Part shown: piece after piece, positions 1 to 7,593 of the stretch | Layout of the letters: every line of letters starts with the position of its first letter | Position numbering within the stretch: position 1 is the stretch's first letter | Virus record (IMG/VR): IMGVR_UViG_3300021560_000064 | Span: 1 to 24,075 of that record | DNA from: a virus | Lineage: Duplodnaviria > Caudoviricetes | Reading direction: 5' to 3' (one strand) | DNA length: 24,075 nucleotides | Notes under the pieces: generated by a model | What the model was told of the DNA's origin: nothing | The model's input: only the letters and a program-made list of their open reading frames with translations | Databases searched by the model: none | Made by a program: the position numbers and the translations under genes

Positions 1-110
1 CGTGATCAGTAAGGCGTATACCCATCACCTGCCCTCCCGGTTGGTCTAGACTTGCCTATTCGAGCCCCACGATCAATGTTTTAGGTCGTGGATGTTCGTC
101 GTTTATACAC

Positions 111-139
111 TTGACGTAAGTTGATGATTCTGAGATTAT
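111..139 (+). promoter_or_regulatory. Sigma70-like promoter TTGACG-N17-GATTAT with extended TG; probably leaderless recT mRNA
   Basis: The -35 is at 111-116 and the -10 at 134-139, with ATG 147 seven nt downstream. The architecture matches other promoters in the window. Confidence 0.6.
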
Positions 140-146
140 GTCCCTC

Positions 147-1097
147 ATGGCAAACAATGAGACTGACAACAAAGAGACGAAGGTAGCACCCGAAAGGTTG
201 CCTTCGGCCGAACGGATGTCGCTGGCTCCCCGGTCCTTTCAAGAGACCGTGGAATTCGCCGAGCGCATCGCCAACAGTCTGTTCATCCCCGAGGCTTTCC
301 GCAACAAGCCTGGTGACATACTCGCCGCCATTCAATACGGCTACGAGGTCGGTTTCACTCCCATGCAGGCGCTCCAAAGCATCTACGTTACCAACGGTAA
401 GCCTAACCTCTACGGAGATGCGGCCTTGGCTCTGGTGATGGCGTCTGGGTATCTGGAAGCTCATGACGAGAGCGACGACGGGCAGATGGCGACCTGCACG
501 GTGACGCGCCGGGGCCATAAGCCGCACACCACGACCTTTTCGGTGGATGATGCTCGGCGTGCGGGCCTAGCGAATAAAGACCCCTGGGTGAAATATCCCA
601 AGCGGATGCGGCGCTACCGAGCACTGGCAGCGGCGCTCAAGGATAAGTTTCCGGACGTGACCAAGGGTTTGATTACGGCGGAGGAGGCGCAAGACTGGCC
701 GGAGCCGAAATCGGCGCCTACGCCTCCGGTAAAGCCTGCGGCCGCGGCGGAGCCCGAGGCGCAGTCCTTCCCTCCGGATGACGTTCCGACTATTCAGGTT
801 GAGCAAAGTGAAGCGGCTTCGGCGAAACCTGCGCCAACTCCGCAGGTGATCAATCCACAACCGGAGCCGGCACCGCAACCCAAGCCCACCGAGAATGGCA
901 CGGTTAAGCCTGGCACGATTGGTCCGGAGAAAGCCAACGAGTTGGCTCAGATCATCGTCAAGGCACAGGTGGCACCCTCGCTGATTCTCGAGCAGTGCCA
1001 CATCAAGGCGCTCGAAGACTTACCCGAGAGCCGCTACCCAACCGTTATCCAGATCCTCAACAACCGCCTCGCGCGGCTCCAGAAGGGGGCAAGCTGA
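147..1097 (+). CDS. recT: RecT/Redbeta-like ssDNA annealing protein
   Basis: Motif 'IPEAFRNKPGDILAAIQYGYEVGFTPMQALQSIYVTNGKPNLYGD' and 'DPWVKYPKRMRRYRALAAALKDKFPDV'. Pro-rich linker; lies upstream of a YqaJ exonuclease. Start 147 is preferred over 138 because 138 overlaps the -10 box. Confidence 0.8.
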   Translation: MANNETDNKETKVAPERLPSAERMSLAPRSFQETVEFAERIANSLFIPEAFRNKPGDILAAIQYGYEVGFTPMQALQSIYVTNGKPNLYGDAALALVMASGYLEAHDESDDGQMATCTVTRRGHKPHTTTFSVDDARRAGLANKDPWVKYPKRMRRYRALAAALKDKFPDVTKGLITAEEAQDWPEPKSAPTPPVKPAAAAEPEAQSFPPDDVPTIQVEQSEAASAKPAPTPQVINPQPEPAPQPKPTENGTVKPGTIGPEKANELAQIIVKAQVAPSLILEQCHIKALEDLPESRYPTVIQILNNRLARLQKGAS

Positions 1098-1282
1098 TGT
1101 TGGCCCCGGAGGTGGTGGCCGACCTGCGTAAGTTAATGGAGAAGCTCCAGCTTGATCCAGCCATCGTGCTGCAACAGTTCCAGGTGCCGCGGCTGGAAGA
1201 CCTTAGCTCGGAGGGTGAGCAAGCGCTTTACCAGATCCTCTTGAGCCGGCTTGACTACGTCCGGCAGCGGGAGTCGGCCTGA
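1097..1282 (+). CDS. Small protein paralogous to the RecT C-terminal domain
   Basis: ATG 1097 overlaps the recT stop (TGATG). The 61 aa align by eye to the last ~60 aa of RecT (LEDL, QIL..RL). Confidence 0.75.
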   Translation: MLAPEVVADLRKLMEKLQLDPAIVLQQFQVPRLEDLSSEGEQALYQILLSRLDYVRQRESA

Positions 1283-1599
1283 TGGCGATCGTCGGGGTCG
1301 AGACGCTGCGGGAAATCCACGACGCCAGTCGTGAGCTACTGAGCGACTGGTGGCGGACCTTCCTGCGTCAAGATGGACTCGATTGGATGCAACAGATGCT
1401 GATTGAGCATGAGGCCGCGGACCATGTGCGGATTCAGGTTCGGGTCCACACGCCCAACGGCCGGCGGCGCATTCCCGATGCGATCGGCTTGATGATACTG
1501 GCGCGCGCCGCGATCGGCGCGCTCACGCTGAGTTTGGCGATTGAACGTGCGAGAACCAACAACGAGGTGACGACTGATGCCCAAGATCGTGGAGCTTGA
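1282..1599 (+). CDS. Hypothetical protein
   Basis: TGATG coupling to the upstream ORF within the operon. Confidence 0.6.
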   Translation: MAIVGVETLREIHDASRELLSDWWRTFLRQDGLDWMQQMLIEHEAADHVRIQVRVHTPNGRRRIPDAIGLMILARAAIGALTLSLAIERARTNNEVTTDAQDRGA

Positions 1600-2497
1600 A
1601 CAAAACACGCCGGAGTGGCTGGCCTGGCGGAAACAACACGTAGGTGGCTCGGATGCGGCGAAATTGCTGTTCCTCCATCCGTATGACGACCTACCCAAGG
1701 ATCGTCTGACCTTGTGGATGGATAAGACTGGCCGGCTGAAGGAAAAGCCCAAGACCAACGGCGACTTTATGACGCCGATGCAGCGGGGCCAAGTGTTGGA
1801 ACCGGAGGCGCGGGAGCGCTACTGTATCGAGGCTGGCGAATTTGCGCCGCCGGTTTGTATGGAGTGTACAGACGAGGGCCTCGAATTTATGGGCGCGTCA
1901 CTCGACGGCTGGACCGGCGAGCGAGCGGTCGAACTCAAGTGCCCCAGCAACGCCCGCAGTTACCTCGACGTAAAAGAACGCAAAATCCCCGAGCATTTTC
2001 GTATTCAGTGCCAGCACAACATGCACGTGGCGCAAGCCGAGTATTGCGACCTCGGTGTCTACTTCAACGGCGACCTAGCCGTGGTCACCCTCGAATATGA
2101 TGTAGAGTTTGTCCACCAACAGTTGTTGCCGATCGAGCGGGAATTTTGGGCAATGGTCAAGGCCGATAAATTTGACTATCCCGACATGGGAGTTGCGCTC
2201 GACCTCACCAACAACCAGGACGCCCTCGATAAAATTAATTGTTTGCTCGGGCACATGCGGATGAAAGAGGAGGCGGAGGATCTGATTCAGAGCGACAAGG
2301 CCGCGCTCATGTGTATAATGGCCGCGGCCGGCCGAGGGACCGCACCGAACGCGAGTTTGTGGTGGATGCGTCGCAAGGGTAACCTGGACATCCGGGCCGT
2401 CCCGGGCGTTGAGGGGGTCTTGGCGAAGTATACCCCCGAGCAGTTGGATGCTTACCGTGGATATGAGTCCCTCTCACTCCGAATAGACCGCAAGTAA
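1577..2497 (+). CDS. YqaJ/lambda-exonuclease family recombination nuclease
   Basis: Motifs 'EQNTPEWLAWRKQHVGGSDAA', 'MQRGQVLEPEARERY', 'GASLDG', 'ELKCP' and 'QCQHNMHV'. RBS CAACGAGGTGAC at 1560-1571. Confidence 0.9.
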   Translation: MPKIVELEQNTPEWLAWRKQHVGGSDAAKLLFLHPYDDLPKDRLTLWMDKTGRLKEKPKTNGDFMTPMQRGQVLEPEARERYCIEAGEFAPPVCMECTDEGLEFMGASLDGWTGERAVELKCPSNARSYLDVKERKIPEHFRIQCQHNMHVAQAEYCDLGVYFNGDLAVVTLEYDVEFVHQQLLPIEREFWAMVKADKFDYPDMGVALDLTNNQDALDKINCLLGHMRMKEEAEDLIQSDKAALMCIMAAAGRGTAPNASLWWMRRKGNLDIRAVPGVEGVLAKYTPEQLDAYRGYESLSLRIDRK

Positions 2498-2501
2498 CTG
2501 A

Positions 2502-2530
2502 TTGACATAAGCTATCGTATCTGCGATAGT
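2502..2530 (+). promoter_or_regulatory. Promoter TTGACA-N17-GATAGT (extended TG) with overlapping inverted repeat CTATCG-N6-CGATAG
   Basis: Perfect -35 and 17-nt spacer, intergenic, upstream of the nuclease-dnaB operon. Confidence 0.7.
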
Positions 2531-2541
2531 TAATAAGGGCT

Positions 2542-2633
2542 GTCCGTCCGAGGAATCTAGAAAGGGGGTTTGCTCACGATCTGCCTTGGGTGGGGAGCGG
2601 CTGCCTTCCTATGAACGGCAACCTCGGACGGAC
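2542..2633 (+). ncRNA. Putative structured 5' leader (multibranch RNA)
   Basis: Perfect 12-bp stem GTCCGTCCGAGG/CCTCGGACGGAC encloses smaller hairpins and is followed by TTTATTT. Confidence 0.4.
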
Positions 2634-2642
2634 TTTATTTGC

Positions 2643-2984
2643 ATGAAGAACGCGATTATCACCCCCGAGGAAGCCAGGCTACCTCCGGGGGAGCTGGCTC
2701 TGTGGTGTCAACTCCGTGACCTCGGCGGCTGGGAACGCCAGTACCCGCTCAGCAACAAGCGTATCAAGTTCGACTTTGCCCATCCCACGCTAAAACTTCT
2801 GGTCGAGGTCGATGGCGGCAGTGGCGGCCAGGCCCACGGGACACCGTGGGGCCGCGAGCACGATTACCGCAAGCGCAACGACGCCGTTTGTCGCGGCTGG
2901 CGGGTCTTGATCGGAAGTACCAAACAGGCGGAAAACGGGGAGCTGCTTATGTACGTTCGGCGCGCGATGGGAGGGGTGGGCTGA
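2643..2984 (+). CDS. DUF559/Vsr-like PD-(D/E)XK endonuclease
   Basis: 'ERQYPLSNKRIKFDFAHPTLKLLVEVDGG...H...DYRKRNDAVCRGWRVL'. Confidence 0.8.
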   Translation: MKNAIITPEEARLPPGELALWCQLRDLGGWERQYPLSNKRIKFDFAHPTLKLLVEVDGGSGGQAHGTPWGREHDYRKRNDAVCRGWRVLIGSTKQAENGELLMYVRRAMGGVG

Positions 2985-4384
2985 TGGGTGGAACGGGTGG
3001 AGAACCATTAGAAATCAACCAAGCGCATAATGACGATGCCGAGCGGGGTGTGCTCGGCGCCATTATCAACAACAACGATCTCTACGACCTGGTAGCCGAG
3101 CACCTCGACGAGAGCGACTTCTTCCAACGCGCACACATGCTCATCTGGCGCGGGATCGCCGCCCTGCTGACCGACCGGCGCCCGGTTGATACTATCACCC
3201 TATTAGAAGTTCTCGCTCCGTACCGGGAAGAGGTCGGTGGCATGGACTACCTCTCCCTGCTGGAGACCTATAGGTGGAACGCTGATCTTACTCTTGACTA
3301 CACCCGAATTGTTAAGCAAAAGTCGAGTGATCGACGTATTGTCGTCACGTGTAGCCGAATTGCCGAGCAAGCTAGTACAGCGCCGGCCTTATATACCCCG
3401 AATCATATCGAAGAACTGCTCGCCTTTGCCGAACACGAATTTGCTCAAATCGCCGCCCGTCAAATCTATAAGCCCGAAGCAAGTAAGGGTGATGTTCTGA
3501 ACGAGGTCATCCACAAACTCGAACACGGACAGGACACTGGCCTCCGCACCGGCTTCGCAACCCTCGATGAGCGTTTCGGCGGCTTTAACGTTGGTCAGTT
3601 GAGTATCCTGGCGGCTCGCACCAGTAAGGGTAAGACGGCCATTGCCCTGAATTGGGCCTTGAACGTCGCTAAGGCGGGCAAGTCGGTGGGGTTTTTCACC
3701 CTCGAACAGCCGGTCGATGAGGTCTACACCCGTCTGCTCGGCATCGAGGCTCACGTCGATACCACTTTCCATGCTCCGCGCTACGGCCTGGTAGGTGAAG
3801 AACTCAAGCGCCTCAAGGACGCCCGCGAGGCACTCGTCAAGGCGCCCATCACCTTGCGCTATCGGCCGCGGCTCACCCCGCGGATGCTGCGGACTGACTG
3901 CAAGCGTCTCGCCCGGGAGCAGGGGCCGTTGGACTTTGTAGTGATTGATTATTTCGGTTTGATGAAGTCGGATAAGTCACACGATGAAAGCTGGCAGGCG
4001 GCGCGTGAGGTGGTCCTGGCTCTCAAGGAAATCGCTGGTGAGTTGAACGTTCCGATGCTGGTCCTGTGGCAATTGAATCGCGATCTCGACGAGCGGCAGC
4101 CACCCACTCTGGCGAACCTCCGTGATACGGGTGCGGCGGAGGAGCACGCCTCGAACGTTATCATTATCTGGAGCCCCAAACCGGCCGAAGGGCGCAGCCC
4201 CTTCGCTCCGGCGGTGGGGGACGCGACCACGGTCCCGGTCGAGTTAGTAATTGCCAAGCAACGGAATGGTCCGGCTGGGGCGAAAGTCCCGCTGCGTTTT
4301 CATCGCGCCTGGGGCACCTTTGAGCCAGGGATCGCCGTCTACGACGCGCCTCGGCCGGGATACGAGCGAGGGTATGACGCATGA
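2984..4384 (+). CDS. dnaB: Replicative DNA helicase DnaB-like
   Basis: N-domain 'AERGVLGAII', Walker A 'AARTSKGKT', 'FFTLEQ', Walker B 'VVIDYF', 'QLNR', 'LRDTGAAEEHA' and 'IAKQRNGP'. Start is coupled to the upstream stop (TGATG). Confidence 0.95.
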   Translation: MGGTGGEPLEINQAHNDDAERGVLGAIINNNDLYDLVAEHLDESDFFQRAHMLIWRGIAALLTDRRPVDTITLLEVLAPYREEVGGMDYLSLLETYRWNADLTLDYTRIVKQKSSDRRIVVTCSRIAEQASTAPALYTPNHIEELLAFAEHEFAQIAARQIYKPEASKGDVLNEVIHKLEHGQDTGLRTGFATLDERFGGFNVGQLSILAARTSKGKTAIALNWALNVAKAGKSVGFFTLEQPVDEVYTRLLGIEAHVDTTFHAPRYGLVGEELKRLKDAREALVKAPITLRYRPRLTPRMLRTDCKRLAREQGPLDFVVIDYFGLMKSDKSHDESWQAAREVVLALKEIAGELNVPMLVLWQLNRDLDERQPPTLANLRDTGAAEEHASNVIIIWSPKPAEGRSPFAPAVGDATTVPVELVIAKQRNGPAGAKVPLRFHRAWGTFEPGIAVYDAPRPGYERGYDA

Positions 4385-4404
4385 GCGATCAGGGCCAATA
4401 AGCC

Positions 4405-4632
4405 ATGAAGCCCCGAGGCAAGAGCGGGGCGAATAGTACCCCTCCGGTGCTCGATGGACAGATCATGACGGTGCCCGAGGTGGCCGCATATCTAAGAATT
4501 GCTCCTACTAGCGTCTACCGACTACTGAGGCGAGGTCTGTTGCCGGGCTTTAAGATTGGCTCGGAGTGGCGCTTTCACCGGGGGCATTTTGACCGATGGA
4601 TGGAGGAACAGAGTATTGGGAACCGAAGGTGA
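4405..4632 (+). CDS. Excisionase-like helix-turn-helix DNA-binding protein
   Basis: 'IMTVPEVAAYLRIAPTSVYRLLRRGLLPGFKIGSEWRF...FDRWM'. Confidence 0.85.
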   Translation: MKPRGKSGANSTPPVLDGQIMTVPEVAAYLRIAPTSVYRLLRRGLLPGFKIGSEWRFHRGHFDRWMEEQSIGNRR

Positions 4633-5029
4633 ACCGTATACTGAGGAACGCCGCAACCAGCTTCTCGGGGAGCTGATTGAGGCAGAAATTGCCCTACACG
4701 ATCTGAAGGCCGAGGCGACTCGTCGGCACGCCGAGATCGAAGCCGAAATGGAGAGCAACGCCCGCAATCTCATTGATGAGGTTCGCGACCTACGCGCGCA
4801 ACTCTTCGCGCCGGTCAACGATCCGGTCAATGAGATGGCGGCTGCGATCAACGGCAAGCCCAAGCTAGTGGCGGCCCTGCGGGCCATTCGCGAGGCAGGC
4901 TCGCTCAGCATCAGTGAAATTGCCACCGCCGCTCACCTGGCCCACAATGTCGCGCGCGGGAGCGTAGCGGGCCTGGTCCGGCAAGGACTGGTCCGGCGCG
5001 AGAACGGCAAGTACGTCGCGATCGACTAG
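4616..5029 (+). CDS. Coiled-coil plus C-terminal winged-HTH protein
   Basis: GGAGG before TTG 4616; C-terminal 'LSISEIATAAHLAHNVARGSVAGLVRQGLVRRENGKY'. Confidence 0.65.
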   Translation: MGTEGEPYTEERRNQLLGELIEAEIALHDLKAEATRRHAEIEAEMESNARNLIDEVRDLRAQLFAPVNDPVNEMAAAINGKPKLVAALRAIREAGSLSISEIATAAHLAHNVARGSVAGLVRQGLVRRENGKYVAID

Positions 5030-5182
5030 AGCCCGGGCGGCTTAGGGACCTTCCGCGGTGAAGATTGCGGAACCTTAGGGATAGGCAGCGATTTATCCGC
5101 GCGAGACTTGTCGTGTTTGAGCTTGGGTTTCACGATTTTTTTAACGGTGCGGGTGGTCATAATGATCGCGGATGTAGCACGC

Positions 5183-5392
5183 TTACTCCTCGCGTAAAAG
5201 CTTGAGCGGGTAACCGTGTGCCCCGAAGTTGGCCGCGGCTGGCACTTCGTGACAAATCATTGGGAGTCCCTCGGCATAGTGCGCGTGGTTGTCGTCGGCG
5301 ATTGCAGCATCGAGCAGCTCGCCGAGGCGGACCAGTTCGTCGTGACTGGCCCAAATGAGATAGTCGCAGCCTTCCACGTGATGGATGGTCAT
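5183..5392 (-). CDS. Hypothetical protein
   Basis: ATGA overlap with the ACP stop; last gene of the leftward operon. Confidence 0.55.
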   Translation of the reverse strand: MTIHHVEGCDYLIWASHDELVRLGELLDAAIADDNHAHYAEGLPMICHEVPAAANFGAHGYPLKLLREE

Positions 5393-5658
5393 TTTGCAGC
5401 CCCCTGTAGCCGGCTGACCAGCGTGTTGATGGTGTCGAGGGTGCGGAAGTTGGCGGGTGTGATGTCGTTGGGTGGGAACTCGATGTTGAGATCGGCCTCG
5501 ATGAGAAAGACCAACCGCACGACATCGAGCGAGGTCAGCCCCGAGTCAATCAGCGGGTCGTCGGGCTCGACGGTGAATTGCATATCGCGCAGGCCGAGTA
5601 ATTCATCGACCAGGCGTTTAATCCGTTGTTGGATGGAGCTTGGGCTTGTCTTTATCAT
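5389..5658 (-). CDS. Acyl/peptidyl carrier protein (phosphopantetheine-binding)
   Basis: 'DDPLIDSGLTSLDVVRLVFLIEADLNIEFP...NFRTLDTI' fits the ACP pattern with the conserved Ser in a GLxSL motif. Confidence 0.85.
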   Translation of the reverse strand: MIKTSPSSIQQRIKRLVDELLGLRDMQFTVEPDDPLIDSGLTSLDVVRLVFLIEADLNIEFPPNDITPANFRTLDTINTLVSRLQGAAK

Positions 5659-6202
5659 GCGGTTCCCCCGGACGATTCTTCAATTTGAGTGGGCGCAGCG
5701 GACGAATACCATGAACGAATTGGTCGTACGAGAGCGCTTCGGTTAAGGCGATTTCACAAGTGGCCACTTCCACGAAGGCGGGTGAGGTAATCAGGGCGGT
5801 TGGCCGGATGTTGCGGTTAACGATGCAGCACATGGCGCCGATGCAGGAGCCGTCGCCGATTCGGACGATCGCGTCGGGGCCGGCTGCAATAAAGGCCCGG
5901 GCGCCCACAAAGACATTGGCGCCGATTTGGACGTGACCCGAGAGGCTACCTTTCTTTTTGTCGGTGCGGCCCACGTGACAAATGATCATGACTCCCGGCG
6001 CCAGGGCGCTGTGATCACCGATACTGATTAATTCTGGAAAAGCATTCTCGAGGTAACAGTCGTCTCCAATAAAAACGTCGGTGCCGATCTGGCAGCCGCG
6101 CAGGCGGTGCAGAGCGGGGCGAATGGTGGTGGCGCCGGGTAGGATGCGGGCCAGCAGGGCGAGCGTCCGGTTGGCGACTTGACGTAGTAGCGATTTATTC
6201 AT
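5618..6202 (-). CDS. Hexapeptide-repeat (left-handed beta-helix) acyltransferase
   Basis: Repeats 'IGTDVFIGDD', 'IGDHSALAPGVMIICH', 'IGANVFVGA' and 'IGDGSCIGA'. Confidence 0.85.
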   Translation of the reverse strand: MNKSLLRQVANRTLALLARILPGATTIRPALHRLRGCQIGTDVFIGDDCYLENAFPELISIGDHSALAPGVMIICHVGRTDKKKGSLSGHVQIGANVFVGARAFIAAGPDAIVRIGDGSCIGAMCCIVNRNIRPTALITSPAFVEVATCEIALTEALSYDQFVHGIRPLRPLKLKNRPGEPHDKDKPKLHPTTD

Positions 6203-6390
6203 CGTTCCTTAATCCGACGATCGCGGAGATCGATGAGGGCGATGGCCTTGTTGCACCAGTAGGACATCTCGATGCGCCACTTGTTCTTTTCGATTTCATC
6301 GAGGGCATTGAGGACGTGCTCGCGGCAGAGTTTCTCGTTGGTGAAAGCGAGGTCGATGGCGATTTCAATGGCTTCGATGGTGACTTGCAT
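6199..6390 (-). CDS. Hypothetical protein immediately after the array
   Basis: 63-aa ORF whose stop overlaps the acyltransferase ATG. Its own ATG abuts the last degenerate repeat. Confidence 0.55.
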   Translation of the reverse strand: MQVTIEAIEIAIDLAFTNEKLCREHVLNALDEIEKNKWRIEMSYWCNKAIALIDLRDRRIKER

Positions 6391-7593
6391 TGGTGCGCTT
6401 AATGGATACGGGTGTCTCGTGCTGTACGGCTCGCTCCGTTCCTACGGGTGACTCACCTTTGGCGACTCGCTCAGCTTTTACGGGCTTCTCCCTTCGTGCC
6501 GGCTCGCTCTGCTTCTACGGGTGTCGCTTGGCCATATGGCTCGCTCTCACCTGATGGGTTTCTCCCTGGCGTCGGCTCGCTCCCTTGTGACGGATGACTC
6601 ATCAGCTACGGCTCGCTCACAGTCACCGGGCATCTCCGCGACTACGGCTCGCTCTCGGGCCACGGGTGTCTTCCTCAATGCGGCTCGCTCCGGGCCGACG
6701 GGGGTCTCCTTTTTTTCGGCTCGCTCAGCTAGCTTGGGTTGCTCAGCGCTACTGGCTCGCTCTACGGTTGCGGTAACCTCTTTTTCCACGGCTCGCTCTT
6801 TGGCACTGGTAGTCTCATGTCACTCGGCTCGCTCAGCTTTACCCGGGTATCTCTTCTCCCACGGCTCGCTCCAGTGTGCGGTAGTCTACTTAACTCGGCT
6901 CGCTGCGTTCCTTCGGGTGTCACGTTCATCCGGCTCGCTCACTGGGAATGGGTGTTCTCTGTCTTCACGGCTCGCTCCCGGAAGTCGGGTATCTCCTGGT
7001 GCGCGGCTCGCTCTATTTTCTCGGATGTCTCACTTGGGGCGGCTCGCTCCAGTAATTCGGGTATCTCTCGATCTACGGCTCGCTCTTTCAGCGCGGGTAT
7101 CTCCTGACTAACGGCTCGCTCTACTCTTTCGGGCCTCTCGCCTCAAATGGCTCGCTCACTCCTGTCGGGCAACTCCCAGTTTATGGCTCGCTCATGGGAC
7201 GTGGGTGTCTCGTCAGAAGCGGCTCGCTCCCTGATATGCGGGTAACTCCTCAACCTCGGCTCGCTCAAATTCGTCGGGTAACTCTCGCACTTCGGCTCGC
7301 TCTCAGGTTTCGGGGCATATCGTCGATTATGGCTCGCTCGGCACTTTCGGGTGGCTCATTGCTTACGGCTCGCTCTCTCTTGACGGGCATCTCACTTACT
7401 TCGGCTCGCTCTCAGTGTCACGGTATTCTCTTCAGTCACGGCTCGCTCGGTGTTCACGGGTCTCTCGCGGACTGTGGCTCGCTCACTTTCTTCGGATTGC
7501 TCGCCCTCATCTGGCTCGCTCCACCTCGATGGGTATCTCATGTGGTACGGCTCGCTCAGCCTCTCCGGTAATCTCAGAGTCAACGGCTGGCAA
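6391..7593 (-). ncRNA. TIGR-like dual-repeat guide-RNA array, 33 units of ~36 nt
   Basis: On the + strand, YGGCTCGCTC (34 copies, the two terminal ones degenerate) alternates with YGGGTRTCTC-like repeats, separated by 8-nt (7-9) variable segments. Unit lengths: 23 of 36 nt, 8 of 37, 1 of 35, 1 of 34. It abuts the 3' end of a Nop/IS110-like gene. Confidence 0.88.

Noticed and set aside
2846-2983. N-terminal extension of DnaB (and 995 start of the small ORF)
   Set aside because: Overlaps the upstream gene. TGATG-coupled starts at 2984 and 1097 are more plausible.
6391-7593. CRISPR array
   Set aside because: Repeats are 10 nt and of two alternating kinds, with 8-nt spacers. There are no cas genes in the window.
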